Source: Gammaproteobacteria bacterium
GTDB taxonomy: Bacteria > Pseudomonadota > Gammaproteobacteria > GCA-2400775
Length of the DNA stretch: 64,000 nt
Reading direction: 5' to 3'
NCBI GenBank assembly: GCA_013151045.1
Contig: JAADIY010000038.1
Coordinates: 311-64,310, forward strand
Within the stretch, counting starts at the first letter, position 1, and each line of letters opens with the position of its first letter. Of this stretch, positions 1-10,822 are shown piece by piece. Both the position numbers and the translations under genes were made by a program. The notes under the pieces are model-generated. The model was not told the origin of the DNA. It saw only the letters and a program-made list of their open reading frames with translations, and did not search any database.

Positions 1-361
1 TTATCACTATTCGAATATTCCCCATACTTTCACTTTTTTCATTTTTAATTCAATGCCTTACACAAGAGATGGCATCGTACTAATAAGAGACTAAAACCGA
101 ATCACAACAATGCTCTAATCGGGTTATCATTCTTACGCTATTACGTACAAAATACATAAATAGCTTTATAACTCAAAAAGTTATTGGAAATTGAACCAAG
201 CATTACCGATGAGAAATACGTAATCCCTATATTTGCCTATCCCTTTTTAGAGAACCGCACCTAGATAAATGTGTCTACCAGACTCGATTCTTTTATCAAT
301 ATACCAAGTCGCCATTAAATAAGGAAGGTAGCAGTATAGGTTTGGTTTTTCGCGACCCTCT

Positions 362-488
362 CATCAGCCTCGCTATCGAATTAAATGCGCGACGAGAGTG
401 AGGACTGTCTGAGCCGATCGCATCGGCGAGTTCCGCAGCTCCGCGTATTTAATTCGATAGCGAGGTTACGCATGGAATGCGGCTGATG
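362..488. repeat. large imperfect inverted repeat / nested hairpin element
   Basis: Arms cctcgctatcgaattaaatgcgcg (368-391) and cgcgtatttaattcgatagcgagg (442-465) are reverse complements with 1 mismatch; outer catcagcc/ggctgatg extension; inner perfect palindrome gccgatcgcatcggc (413-427). Lies in noncoding DNA ~190 nt 3' of tRNA-Met. Confidence 0.5.
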
Positions 489-677
489 TGTGGGAGTCAA
501 TGCTTTTGGTTATTTTTGGCGTAACAAAAGTAACTCGCCTAAAAAAGGCGAAAAACAATGATGAAAAAGAAAGCCAATAGACATGGATTCCCTCAATTAC
601 TTGAGGACTGCGCCTACCTGCGCAGGTATGACGATAAAAGGGAATGACGTAAGAAAAACAAAAGAGAAAAAACGGAA

Positions 678-754
678 TGGTGGCTATGGGTGGACTTGAA
701 CCACCGACCCCAGCATTATGAATGCTGTGCTCTAACCAACTGAGCTACATAGCC
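678..754 (-). tRNA. tRNA-Met (anticodon CAT), 77 nt with encoded CCA
   Basis: Reverse complement ggctatgtagctcagttggttagagcacagcattcataatgctggggtcggtggttcaagtccacccatagccacca folds as cloverleaf; anticodon loop ttCATaa; close to E. coli elongator tRNA-Met. Confidence 0.85.
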
Positions 755-851
755 GTACCGAAAGGGGTGAGTATTCTATCGCACTCGCCTGGGACTCGCC
801 AAGCAGTGTTTTACCCGAAAACCCAATAAACGAATACTGATTAACTACTAT

Positions 852-1943
852 TTAAACGTTAAAGCGGAAATGTACGACATCACCGTCGTGCATGATGTAT
901 TCCTTACCTTCTAGACGCCATTTACCGGCCTCTTTGGCACCTGACTCACCTTTGCAGGCAATAAAGTCGTCATAGGCAATGACTTCAGCGCGGATAAAGC
1001 CTTTTTCAAAATCGGTGTGAATACAGCCTGCACCTTGCGGCGCGGTTGAACCTGCTGTAATTGTCCAGGCTCTGACTTCTTTTTCACCGGCGGTAAAATA
1101 AGTTTCTAGACCTAGCAAGTCGTAACCTGCGCGAATGACGCGATTAAGCCCTGGCTCATCGAGACCTAAGTCTGAGAGAAAATCACCTTTATCGGCATCA
1201 TCAAGCTCGGCGATGTCAGATTCGACTGCGGCACAAACGGCGACGACGCCAGCGCCTTCACTTTTTGCGTAGTCTTCTACCGCGGTGAGAAACGGATTAT
1301 CAGAAAAGCCTGATTCATCAACATTGGCGATATACATGGTTGGCTTTAAGGTGAGCAAATGCATGTCTTCTAACATGGCTAATTTGTCTTCGTCTAAGTT
1401 CATGCTGCGTACCGGCTGACAGGCATCGAGCACGTCTCGTACTTGTGTAAACAGTTCTAGCTTAGCTTTGGCTCCTTTGGGGTCGCCCTTAGCCATTTTA
1501 GTGGCACGGGCTAAAGCTTTTTCTACTTTGTCTAAATCAGCCAAGGCTAATTCTGTGTGAATCACTTCGATATCAGCCAGCGGTTCTATTTTACCGGCGA
1601 CATGGGTCACGTCATCATCTTCAAAACAGCGTACGACATGGGCAATAGCATCAACTTCGGAGATATGACCTAGAAATTGATTGCCTAAACCTTCGCCTTT
1701 TGATGCGCCTTCTACCAAACCGGCAATATCGACAAACTGCATGGTGGTGGCGATAGTTTTTTGTGGGTTTACAAGTTCTGCAATCGCATCTAAACGTGTG
1801 TCAGGCATAGGCACCATGCCAACGTTTGGCTCGATGGTACAAAAAGGGTAGTTTTCTGCAGCAATACCCGATTGGGTTAGCGCATTAAACAAGGTCGATT
1901 TACCAACATTCGGCAAGCCAACAATTCCACATTTAAAACCCAT
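852..1943 (-). CDS. ychF: redox-regulated ATPase YchF (Obg-family GTPase)
   Basis: 363-aa ORF, N-terminal GxxxxGKS P-loop ([15 protein letters not shown]), C-terminal TGS domain; conserved ychF-pth-rplY-prs synteny. Confidence 0.93.
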   Translation of the reverse strand: MGFKCGIVGLPNVGKSTLFNALTQSGIAAENYPFCTIEPNVGMVPMPDTRLDAIAELVNPQKTIATTMQFVDIAGLVEGASKGEGLGNQFLGHISEVDAIAHVVRCFEDDDVTHVAGKIEPLADIEVIHTELALADLDKVEKALARATKMAKGDPKGAKAKLELFTQVRDVLDACQPVRSMNLDEDKLAMLEDMHLLTLKPTMYIANVDESGFSDNPFLTAVEDYAKSEGAGVVAVCAAVESDIAELDDADKGDFLSDLGLDEPGLNRVIRAGYDLLGLETYFTAGEKEVRAWTITAGSTAPQGAGCIHTDFEKGFIRAEVIAYDDFIACKGESGAKEAGKWRLEGKEYIMHDGDVVHFRFNV

Positions 1944-1971
1944 GCTGTTTCCTTAATTCTCTGCAGCGAAC

Positions 1972-2556
1972 TTATGTCGGTGCTTTTGTGTGCAAACGTT
2001 TCATCACGGCTTCGAACTCACCTTCGATGATTGCTTCTATTTCAGCTAACGACTTGTCGAGAACATCGTCCAATAGCCGCTTATCGTCTGGTGACGGCTT
2101 ACTTAGTACATACGATGATACTTGGCTTGAATGACCTGGATGACCTATACCAATTCGTAACCGTAAAAATGCTTTGCTGCCTGTGCTTTGGCAAATATCG
2201 CGCAAGCCATTATGACCACCGTGACCACCACCACTTTTTAATCGCACTGTACCCGGCGGCAAATCGAGTTCATCGTAGATGACCAAGGTTTGTGCTGGTT
2301 CGATTTTATAAAAGTTGAGTAGCGGCGCTACGCTGCCACCACTGTCGTTCATAAACGTTTGTGGTTTTAATAAGCGGACGTCTCCGGCGGGGGTATTAGC
2401 TAAAGCTAACTCACCTTTAAATTTCGATTCTTCGCGAAAATTTGCTTGGTAACGTCTAGCGATGGCATCAAGCAACCAAAAACCCGCATTGTGACGGGTT
2501 TCAAGGTAACGCGGCCCTGGGTTACCAAGGCCGACAATACATGCAATGGCTGTCAT
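1972..2556 (-). CDS. pth: peptidyl-tRNA hydrolase
   Basis: 194 aa; N-terminal LIVGLGNPG..Y..TRHNAGF motif typical of Pth; synteny. Confidence 0.93.
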   Translation of the reverse strand: MTAIACIVGLGNPGPRYLETRHNAGFWLLDAIARRYQANFREESKFKGELALANTPAGDVRLLKPQTFMNDSGGSVAPLLNFYKIEPAQTLVIYDELDLPPGTVRLKSGGGHGGHNGLRDICQSTGSKAFLRLRIGIGHPGHSSQVSSYVLSKPSPDDKRLLDDVLDKSLAEIEAIIEGEFEAVMKRLHTKAPT

Positions 2557-2598
2557 GATGCTAACGCTATAACAGTATTAGCAAGACGCGAAACGAGC

Positions 2599-3255
2599 CT
2601 ATTCGGCTGCTGCGTCGCCTTCTGCTGCGTCGCCTTCTGTGGCAGCGGCATCATCAGCATCATCTATCGCACCACGTGGAAGATGAATACTGGCTACTGG
2701 CTGGGCATGTTCAGCACCGTGAGTTAAGGCAACAACCGTAACACCGTCAGGCACAACAATGTCTGACAAATGCGCTGCATCACCGACATTCAATTCAGAA
2801 ATATCAACGGTTAAGAACTCTGGCAAGTCTTTTGGTAAACAGCTAATTTCAACATCAATAGAGTGATGAGAAACATTACCACCTTGCAATTTAACGCCTG
2901 GCGCAACGTCTTCACCGGTAAAGTGAAGCGGCACGTTCATGATGATTTTTTCGTTAGCGTTAACACGTAATAAGTCAAAATGCAGAACACGTGCTTTACT
3001 TGGATGGCGTTGCAGGTCTTTTAAGACAACGTTCTCGGCCTTAGCACCGTCTACGGTGACGTCAAGAATATGCGAATAAAACGCTTCGTTATCTAGCTGA
3101 TAAGCAAGGTCTTTATGGGCAATAGAAACAGACACTGAGTCTTTACCATCACCATAGATAATCCCTGGAACCATGTCGCTATGACGTAGGCGGCGGCTCG
3201 CACCCTTCCCCTTGTCTGCGCGTGTTTCCAAGCTTAATTTAAATTCAAAACCCAT
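2599..3255 (-). CDS. rplY: 50S ribosomal protein L25 / general stress protein Ctc
   Basis: ORF with KGKGASRRLR motif near N-term, acidic C-terminal tail; second in-frame ATG (3255) has GGAGA SD 5 nt upstream so chosen over 3267. Confidence 0.85.
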   Translation of the reverse strand: MGFEFKLSLETRADKGKGASRRLRHSDMVPGIIYGDGKDSVSVSIAHKDLAYQLDNEAFYSHILDVTVDGAKAENVVLKDLQRHPSKARVLHFDLLRVNANEKIIMNVPLHFTGEDVAPGVKLQGGNVSHHSIDVEISCLPKDLPEFLTVDISELNVGDAAHLSDIVVPDGVTVVALTHGAEHAQPVASIHLPRGAIDDADDAAATEGDAAEGDAAAE

Positions 3256-3310
3256 GTTGTTCTCCAATATCGCCCAATAATATTAGGCTATTACCAAGGC
3301 TCTAGCTTTA

Positions 3311-3341
3311 CTAGCCTAAAACCAAAAAATCCTCACTTGCG
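3311..3341 (-). terminator. rho-independent terminator downstream of prs
   Basis: On minus strand: stem cctcact/agtgagg (7 bp, loop ggtcgca) followed immediately by auuuuuugguuu; located ~50 nt after prs stop and before rplY promoter region. Confidence 0.55.
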
Positions 3342-3391
3342 ACCAGTGAGGAATGCTTGCGCATCTTGTTGCGGCATTTTTAATGCCGCCA

Positions 3392-4330
3392 TTAATCTAT
3401 AAATAGCGAGCTTACTGATTCTTCTGCGTTAATTCGGCGCATGGTCTCTGCTAGCAATTCAGCAACGCTAAGCTGACGTATTTTTTTGCACGCTTTGGCA
3501 TCTTCACTCAATGGGATGGTGTCTGTAATCACCAACTCATCAATTTGCGAGCCTTCAATATTCTTGACCGCCTGACCTGACAATACGGCATGGGTGCAGT
3601 AAGCAAACACTTGCGCTGCACCTTTTTCTTTTAGCGCGCGTGACGCTTCGCATAAAGTCCCTGCCGTATCAACCAAGTCATCGACCAAAATACAACTGCG
3701 ACCTGCTACGTCGCCTATAATATTCATGACCTTAGCCATATTGGCTTGCGGGCGACGTTTATCGATAATCGCTAGATCAGCATCATCTAAGCGCTTAGCC
3801 ATAGCTCGCGCCCTGACCACGCCGCCCACATCTGGCGACACAACCATTGGCTTGCCACCCACTCGGCGCCATATATCGCCGAGCAACACCGGTGACGCAT
3901 AGACATTATCGACACCAATATTAAAAAAGCCTTGTATCTGGTCTGAGTGCAAATCTACTGTTAGTACGCGATCTGCACCGGCACTAGCAATCATGTCTGC
4001 GACCACTTTTGCGCTAATCGGCACGCGCGCTGAACGCGGGCGTCGATCTTGGCGCGAATAACCAAAATACGGTATCACTGCGGTGATGCGGCTCGCTGCT
4101 GAGCGTTTGACTGCATCGACCATCATTAACAATTCCATAATGTGGTCATTAGTCGGCTGACACGTCGGCTGAATAATAAATACATCGCGGCCACGGACAT
4201 GTTCAGCGAGCTCAACCTGAATTTCACCATCGCTGAAACTACCCACAAAAGCTTTACCTAGCGGTATATTTAGGTAGCGCGCAATATCTTTGGCCAGTGG
4301 CCGATTGGCATTACCTGAAAATACCATCAT
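3392..4330 (-). CDS. prs: ribose-phosphate pyrophosphokinase
   Basis: Strong Prs similarity (PRPP-binding motif, [11 protein letters not shown]...); six-frame ORF extends to 4462 but that overlaps tRNA-Gln; start trimmed to [13 protein letters not shown] matching Prs N-termini. Confidence 0.9.
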   Translation of the reverse strand: MMVFSGNANRPLAKDIARYLNIPLGKAFVGSFSDGEIQVELAEHVRGRDVFIIQPTCQPTNDHIMELLMMVDAVKRSAASRITAVIPYFGYSRQDRRPRSARVPISAKVVADMIASAGADRVLTVDLHSDQIQGFFNIGVDNVYASPVLLGDIWRRVGGKPMVVSPDVGGVVRARAMAKRLDDADLAIIDKRRPQANMAKVMNIIGDVAGRSCILVDDLVDTAGTLCEASRALKEKGAAQVFAYCTHAVLSGQAVKNIEGSQIDELVITDTIPLSEDAKACKKIRQLSVAELLAETMRRINAEESVSSLFID

Positions 4331-4428
4331 GGTCTTATCAATGAACATTGTGATCCACGTCATGCCCGTCGGCACGCTGCTATGAGTAGCGCTTACCGCC
4401 CTCACTAGGGCAGAAGCTAAAATGATAT

Positions 4429-4502
4429 TGGCTGGGGTGCCAGGATTCGAACCTGGGATCACGGGATCAAAACCCGATGCCTTACCGCTTGGCTACACCC
4501 CA
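4429..4502 (-). tRNA. tRNA-Gln (anticodon TTG)
   Basis: Reverse complement tggggtgtagccaagcggtaaggcatcgggttttgatcccgtgatcccaggttcgaatcctggcaccccagcca; anticodon loop tTTGa; matches E. coli tRNA-Gln architecture. Confidence 0.85.
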
Positions 4503-4518
4503 TCCACTTCTTCTAAAA

Positions 4519-5382
4519 CTACGCTGGCAAGCGACTTCGCTCGACCAACGGTGACACATCGACGCCTTTGGCTATAAAGCCACGCCACTTGTTCGGCATT
4601 TTAGCCAAAACTTGCTGCGCTGACGCTGCATCATCAAAATTCACAAAAACCGATGCCCCGGTTCCTGTCATCCGCGGTTTACCATAAGCGGACAGCCAGG
4701 CTAAGGCCTCAAGAACCGCGGGGTAGTGACGCGCCACCACCGATTCAAAGACGTTGACACCAACTCCACGAAAAAATCCGGCTATTGTGATGGGAGGACA
4801 ATTCCTTGTCAATTCAGGAAGCGAAAATATTTCACTTGTATTGATATGACAGGACGGGGTTATAACCAAATAATGGCGTTCACCCCAGTACTCAACCAGC
4901 TCTATTGGCTCTAACTGCTCACCAACACCTTCAGCCCACGCCGAATGCCCCTTAACGAATACCGGCACATCTGCGCCCAACTGAACCGCTAAATCAAGCA
5001 ACTCTTGCACGGGCAATTGTAATTGCCAAAGCCTGTTTAAAGCAACAAGTGTTGTTGCGGCGTCAGAACTACCTCCACCAAGCCCGCCACCCATGGGCAA
5101 ATGCTTGTCGAGTCGAATACGCACTCCGTGCGGGCATTGCGCATGCGATTGCAATAATTTCGCGGCACGTACGACCAAATCCTCTTCAGCTGGCACACCC
5201 TCAATATCATTGATGCGCGCAATCTCTCCGCCATCGACGATATCAAAATACAGCTCATCACCAACGTCGAGCAATTGAAACACCGTTTGCAATTCATGGT
5301 AACCATCATCACGGCGGCCGGTAATGTGCAAAAACAAATTAAGCTTAGCAGGCGCTGGCCATGAAAGTACATCAGTCATCAA
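4519..5382 (-). CDS. ispE: 4-diphosphocytidyl-2-C-methyl-D-erythritol kinase
   Basis: 287 aa GHMP kinase with PMGGGLGGGSSDAA motif; lolB-ispE-prs synteny. Confidence 0.92.
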   Translation of the reverse strand: MMTDVLSWPAPAKLNLFLHITGRRDDGYHELQTVFQLLDVGDELYFDIVDGGEIARINDIEGVPAEEDLVVRAAKLLQSHAQCPHGVRIRLDKHLPMGGGLGGGSSDAATTLVALNRLWQLQLPVQELLDLAVQLGADVPVFVKGHSAWAEGVGEQLEPIELVEYWGERHYLVITPSCHINTSEIFSLPELTRNCPPITIAGFFRGVGVNVFESVVARHYPAVLEALAWLSAYGKPRMTGTGASVFVNFDDAASAQQVLAKMPNKWRGFIAKGVDVSPLVERSRLPA

Positions 5383-5464
5383 TTCTTATTCGCTATCTGT
5401 GCATACAAGTTGGAGTTTAATATTAAGGGTTAGTGTTATTTTATACTACCAATAAACAGGCTAA

Positions 5465-6118
5465 CTAACTTGACAAGCTCCATCGATCGAGCACTAACTT
5501 CAGGCGTAAATTATCGTTTTCTATTTTTATTTTGCGCGGTAGATTAACTCCACGTAGTGGCCGATATGCCGAATAATCAATTTGCCAACCTTGCTGATTT
5601 AACTGATCAAGCACACCTGACGCATTCAACGTCAAACCATCTATCTGGCCCGGTGCCGGCAACCCACGCAACCAATAATGTAACGATGAGACTGGCACTG
5701 ACCAGCCTAAATACTCTAGCAACAATGCCTCTGCGTCGCTGGCAACGACTGCTTCTTGTCCCGCAATGTGCACACTAACTGTATCAGGAGAGCCCTCTAT
5801 CGTTACCGCACCTCGACCAAAAGGGCCAGCTAAACGCACGCGATAGTCATCAACATTTTGCTGCCAAGTCAGTGTTGCGCTCCAACTTTCTTTTTCGCTG
5901 CGCAAGGCCACGCGCCCTTTCGCATTCCAGATCGCTGCGCTAGTTATTTTTTGTTGATGTTGCAACCACAGTAATTTTGTTTCATTAGACGCACCAACAT
6001 TTGCTTGCTCTATTTGCTTAGGAGCGATTGCGCAAGCAGCCAGGCTTAAGGCAGCCAAAACAACAGAACCACGAAAACTCGTTAGAAACAACCTTGATAA
6101 AAAAACACGCTGAAACAC
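5465..6118 (-). CDS. lolB: outer-membrane lipoprotein LolB
   Basis: 217 aa; lipoprotein signal (LSLAAC); position immediately upstream of ispE as in many gammaproteobacteria. Confidence 0.8.
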   Translation of the reverse strand: MFQRVFLSRLFLTSFRGSVVLAALSLAACAIAPKQIEQANVGASNETKLLWLQHQQKITSAAIWNAKGRVALRSEKESWSATLTWQQNVDDYRVRLAGPFGRGAVTIEGSPDTVSVHIAGQEAVVASDAEALLLEYLGWSVPVSSLHYWLRGLPAPGQIDGLTLNASGVLDQLNQQGWQIDYSAYRPLRGVNLPRKIKIENDNLRLKLVLDRWSLSS

Positions 6119-6132
6119 AAAAATACGCTGAC

Positions 6133-7893
6133 TTATAGACCCAAACGCTGCATAACTTCCTTCAGCACTTTGTTTTCTGAGCCTTCCTTTGCTGCGTCAC
6201 GCAAGACGCGGCGCGCTTCTGCGCGCTGGCCCGTCACCCAGAGAATTTCGCCTAGGTGCGCTGAAATTTCAGCATCTGATTGAATCGCTAATGCGCGGCG
6301 GATATAGGCTAAGGCTTCATCAAAATTACCTAAACGAAATTGCAACCAACCATAACTGTCGAGAACAAAGTGGCTATCGCCTTTAAGTTCTAGCGCACGC
6401 TTAATATATTTTTCAGCTTCATCATAGCGCGTTGTGCTATCTGCTAAATAGTAACCCAATGCATTCAGCGCATCGGCATGGTGCGCATCAAGCACTAATA
6501 TTGCTCGCACATCTTTTTCAAACAACTCAAAACGTTCTGTTTGTGCGTAAACTAAACTTCTTGCATATAAGATTTGTGTATTACTAGGGTTAGCTTTTAA
6601 TGCCTCGTCATAAACCGCAATCGCTTCATCATAGAGGTTAGCATCTTGCAGCAAACCACCTTCAACGAGGCTTGTCTGCACTGCCATTGCAGGAATATTG
6701 GTGCGCAATACACCAAGCTGCGCACGCGCTGTCAGAATATCACCCTGCATTGCCGTTAAAATCGCTATGCGTATTTGCGCTTCGGTATAATTTTGACCGC
6801 CCGTGACTTGCGAATACAAACGTAATGCACCATCAATATCTTCACGCACTTCTGCAATACGCGCTAAGTTATACGGCACATTAGGATTAGACGAACCACG
6901 CTGATACAAGGATTTAAATTGTGCTTCAGCAGCATCAATTTGTTGTAATTGCAACGACAATAAGCCACTGGCAAAAATAACTTCATCATTGTCTGGTGCC
7001 ATTTCTGCTAAACGCTGGTACTGCTCTAAGGCTTCGTCATAACGCCCAGCATCAACCAATAAGCCGGCGTAAGTGGAGCGCAAATCAAAATTATTCAGCT
7101 GCCGCTCTACTGCAGACGCTAAAAATTCAGCGGCCTCATTATTTTTCTGCATGCGACGTAATATTAAGGTTTTTTGCAGTATCACTGCTTGCTCGTCACC
7201 ACGCGCTTGCAACACTGGCTCTAATTCGCGGTTAGCACGCTCATACTGGCCAAACTGTAAGGCTAAGTAACTTTTGGCATAAGCAGCATCAATATCGCCA
7301 TTATGTGCTGCTGCCAATCGATCCATCAATTCTGTTGCGGCATCGCGCTGACGCGTCGCCACTAACAAACGTGCGACATACAAGAAGCCTTTACCTTCTT
7401 CATTAGCACGGCTGGCGCGAATCTGCTCTAGTCGCGTGTAGGCGTCATCAATACGCTGCTCACTTAAATATAAGCGCGTCACCAATGCCAACGCACGCTC
7501 ATCATTAGGGTTTATCTCCAACCAAAGCTCTAGTGCCGCTAATGCTCGCTTGCTATCGCCGGCTTGCATCGCCGACCGCACGGCATCTTCGGCCAAAGAG
7601 ACATCGCTGTTACGTCGCGCTAATTCAAGGTAATTTTCTGCGGCGACATTATAGTTTTGTCGCTGTGTTGAGATATCGGCAACCAAAAAGTCATACAAAT
7701 CATCTTTGTCTAACGATGACTCTATTACCGGCTGAGGCTGAATAAGCGCTGCGCTAGGTTTTGGCTGCTTGCTTTTATTAGCGCATGAAGACAAGCCAAC
7801 AACGGCAAATGCCGTTAAGGTCACCATCAAACAAGATTGGCCGACACTCTTCAGGCACCGAGAGCTTAAAAACTGAGTATTTTCTATTCGCAT
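6133..7893 (-). CDS. TPR-repeat lipoprotein (PA4667-like)
   Basis: 586 aa, lipobox (LSSCANKS), multiple TPR-like helical repeats; conserved neighbor of lolB/hemA in pseudomonads. Confidence 0.8.
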   Translation of the reverse strand: MRIENTQFLSSRCLKSVGQSCLMVTLTAFAVVGLSSCANKSKQPKPSAALIQPQPVIESSLDKDDLYDFLVADISTQRQNYNVAAENYLELARRNSDVSLAEDAVRSAMQAGDSKRALAALELWLEINPNDERALALVTRLYLSEQRIDDAYTRLEQIRASRANEEGKGFLYVARLLVATRQRDAATELMDRLAAAHNGDIDAAYAKSYLALQFGQYERANRELEPVLQARGDEQAVILQKTLILRRMQKNNEAAEFLASAVERQLNNFDLRSTYAGLLVDAGRYDEALEQYQRLAEMAPDNDEVIFASGLLSLQLQQIDAAEAQFKSLYQRGSSNPNVPYNLARIAEVREDIDGALRLYSQVTGGQNYTEAQIRIAILTAMQGDILTARAQLGVLRTNIPAMAVQTSLVEGGLLQDANLYDEAIAVYDEALKANPSNTQILYARSLVYAQTERFELFEKDVRAILVLDAHHADALNALGYYLADSTTRYDEAEKYIKRALELKGDSHFVLDSYGWLQFRLGNFDEALAYIRRALAIQSDAEISAHLGEILWVTGQRAEARRVLRDAAKEGSENKVLKEVMQRLGL

Positions 7894-8088
7894 AAATAAA
7901 AGACGGTTGCTGGGGTAATTAGTTCTGGGTTTTAGTTTGGGTTAGAGCTTTATCTCTGATTTTATATTGTGGCTTTAAGCCTTGAGTTAAATTAAGGCGT
8001 CTTAACGCACTTTGAATATAAGCATACCCCATTCAGCAATGGTGGGGGTGATCAAACACGCATTACTGCCGCGCTCTTTCGCCACGTT

Positions 8089-9852
8089 CTATGGCGGTGT
8101 CTCGTATCCTTGGATTAGCGTATTGAGCAATTTATTACCCGGCGCATTAACCAGTCCTTTATGCCAGGTCATCCTAGCGCGGTCCATGCTCCCTGCTTTC
8201 CATAGAGCCTCTCCAAGATAAGCTGAGATCAGCGGGTCGTCATCCAACCTTGACGCTTTCTCTAAATATGACACTGCCGAAACATGTTTTCCTAATCGCA
8301 GTTGCAACCAGCCATAGCCGGTTAGCGTCGAGGGATCGCTAGGCTCTAATAACAAAGCGCGACCCAAATAGCTTGTAGCCTGATCGTAGCGCTCATCAGC
8401 CACCATGGCCATGCCCAACTCTAGCAAGCTGGAATGATGCTCTTCATCTATATCTAAAGCCGCCATCAAATCATCGCGGAACCCTTCTCGGTTACCTCTA
8501 TCACGTGATAACAATGCGCGCGCATGCAATAGTGCAGCATGCTGTCTAGGTGGCCCGTCAAAGTGACGCGTATAAAGCTCATAAGCTTCATCAGCACGGC
8601 CAGCAATCACCAGGGTCGTCCCTTCCAATATGAGCACATCAGCAAAGTGACCCACGGGGTTAGACTCACGCAATTCGGCAATTGCCGATAGCGCTACATT
8701 ATATTGACCCTTGCTGACGAATAATTCGGCGGCACGTACTTGGCTTTCAAAAAAGAATTGGCTTGCACCCACCGAGCGATACCATGAAATAGCGGTATCG
8801 ATTTTGCTGTTCTCTTCTTCAATTTTACCGAGCATGTATTTAGCTTCTTCACCACGCTCGCCTCGCACAATCAGCTCTAAATAGTAACGCCACGCTGCAT
8901 CATAATCGTCGAGCCTATAAGCCATTTGCGCGAGCGCATAAATATAATCTTCATTCTCATTATCGTATTCGGTCAATATCAGATACTGCGCGAAGCTTTC
9001 AACTAATTGATCTAAACCGGCGAGCAAGCGTGCGTAGTACGCGCGCACCTGAAGGTCGTCAGGGTAGGACCGTAAAAACTTAAACAGATGATCGACCGCC
9101 TCGTCACTTCTATTGAGCAACTGTAACGATGATGCATATTGCACCGCGGCTGGACTAAAATCGGGCTGTATATCAAGTGCCCAACGACTTTCGCTTATCG
9201 AAAGCTCGTATAATCGAAAGCGCGTGGCAAGGTCAGCCATAGCAAAATGCGCATAAACATCGTATTGATGCCGCTGTACTAAACCTTGCATCAACTTGAT
9301 CGAAACTAGGTTGCTCGGATCACGAAACAATAAAGGCAGTAGTGGTAAATAACCGTGGTAACCATCACCAACACTTAGTTGGCGTAGACGATCGAGCTCG
9401 TCAACAGCTGGCTCAATCGCCGCCAAGCGTGAATAGGCGCGAATACGAAATTCGATCGCCATTTGGTCATCAGGATCGAGCCGAGCCCATAGTTTACCGG
9501 CAGCAAGCGCTGTTTTCCGATCATCTGCCAACAGCGCTGCACGCATTGCGTACTCGGCTAGCTGCACTTCTGGGTTGGTTTGCGCCGCGCGAAAAAAGTG
9601 GATCGCCGCAATATCAAACTCGCCGCTATCAAATGCAAGAAAACCTACCAGCAGATCGTAAGCACTATCGACCTTGGCCTGCGTAGCATTATTCGCACTA
9701 ACCGTAGATGTCACTAACAAAGACTCGTCAGCATCAGACTGGTCTGACCATATTGGCGTAGCGAGCAATGCCATTATTAAGCCAATAACAAACGTTATGC
9801 GCCGAGCTATGCTTTGGGCAGGGTATCTCTTAGTCCATTTTAACTTTGGCAT
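8089..9852 (-). CDS. TPR-repeat protein, tandem paralog of 6133-7893
   Basis: 587 aa; N-terminal signal/TM; C-terminal region alignable with upstream TPR protein (GYGWLQLRLG / SYGWLQFRLG; AYLGEALW / AHLGEILW). Confidence 0.8.
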   Translation of the reverse strand: MPKLKWTKRYPAQSIARRITFVIGLIMALLATPIWSDQSDADESLLVTSTVSANNATQAKVDSAYDLLVGFLAFDSGEFDIAAIHFFRAAQTNPEVQLAEYAMRAALLADDRKTALAAGKLWARLDPDDQMAIEFRIRAYSRLAAIEPAVDELDRLRQLSVGDGYHGYLPLLPLLFRDPSNLVSIKLMQGLVQRHQYDVYAHFAMADLATRFRLYELSISESRWALDIQPDFSPAAVQYASSLQLLNRSDEAVDHLFKFLRSYPDDLQVRAYYARLLAGLDQLVESFAQYLILTEYDNENEDYIYALAQMAYRLDDYDAAWRYYLELIVRGERGEEAKYMLGKIEEENSKIDTAISWYRSVGASQFFFESQVRAAELFVSKGQYNVALSAIAELRESNPVGHFADVLILEGTTLVIAGRADEAYELYTRHFDGPPRQHAALLHARALLSRDRGNREGFRDDLMAALDIDEEHHSSLLELGMAMVADERYDQATSYLGRALLLEPSDPSTLTGYGWLQLRLGKHVSAVSYLEKASRLDDDPLISAYLGEALWKAGSMDRARMTWHKGLVNAPGNKLLNTLIQGYETPP

Positions 9853-10019
9853 CTAGCCTCCGCGTGCCCTGCTCCCAAATATTTCTGAGACTCGGGCAAT
9901 TCGCCTCTTCCGAGAGCCGATTATTCGCATAATCACTCACAAAACTATCACCTCAACTATGTCCATCAGTATTAAGGGTGATAACGATCGGTCATCGTCT
10001 GTATCAACTCACTTTGAGA

Positions 10020-10660
10020 GTTAACAAGCAAAGCCTGTGCCTAAATTTTAGGCACAGCGGCTTTCTCGCCATCATGCCACAATACTTCACCATAATATCC
10101 TGCTGCTATCGCAGCCTCAGACCGCAGTTTTAGCAATGGCTCTAAATATTACCGTGCCTGGTGATAACACTCCTGCCCTACTAAAAACACACTCAAAACG
10201 GTAGGACTGGTACTGTGCTCAGGGCCATCAGTCAATAATTTCTTAAGCTTTGACTCGAAATAAGGCGGGTCACCGTAGTTTTTCGCTAAAACCGCCCGCG
10301 CCAATAGCAAATCCTGATCATTAGGCACCTCTTCTAAGTTAACCTCATAAACACTTTGGCTGCATCTGACTTACCCGCTTGCAGCAGCGGAGCTGCTTCT
10401 AACACTGCTAGCTCGGCACCGAAACAGCTAAAACCACGCAATTCACTAAATAGTGACGTGCTGCCACAACATACCGACTATCTTGGCGGGTAATATTCGC
10501 CAACAAAATGGCTTTGCCCACCGAATTCGCTGCATACTGCCCGATATCGCTGATTATATTCTCAGCATTGGCCAAGGCTGGCGCCAAAAATCGAGCATTA
10601 TTGCTCCCAGATTACCTGCTCGACGGTGTTTGAGCTGAGCGCCATGCTACCCAGCATTCT
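10020..10660 (-). pseudogene. decayed gene remnant (unknown family) with frameshifts/stops
   Basis: 880-bp ORF-poor gap between TPR gene and hemA; minus-strand fragments translate to protein-like stretches (e.g. NLEEVPNDQDLLLARAVLAKNYGDPPYFESKLKKLL; ALANAENIISDIGQYAANSVGKAILLANITRQDSRYVVAARHYL) in different frames separated by stops. Confidence 0.3.
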
Positions 10661-10822
10661 TTCACCTTATAATAAAATGACTACATCAACGTCAGTGGGT
10701 TCGCAGCTCATTAATTCGGCTCAGGCCAAAGTCATCACTTGCCATCGCCGCAATTTGCTATAATTACCTGTTATATAGCATTTATAGACGGCCTGAGAAA
10801 CCTCGCCTTCCTGGTAACAACC

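Noticed and set aside
2031-2282. 83-aa + strand ORF overlapping pth on the opposite strand (and many similar antisense ORFs, e.g. 5037-5372, 7073-7270, 12736-13074, 19199-19405, 45747-46160, 49891-50460, 50521-50967, 61366-61623)
   Set aside because: All lie entirely inside well-supported conserved genes on the opposite strand and have no recognisable protein features. They are typical shadow ORFs.
3361-3379. Hairpin gcggcatttttaatgccgc just after the prs stop
   Set aside because: It is a stem-loop without a following U-tract. The adjacent hairpin at 3321-3341 with a U-run is the better terminator candidate.
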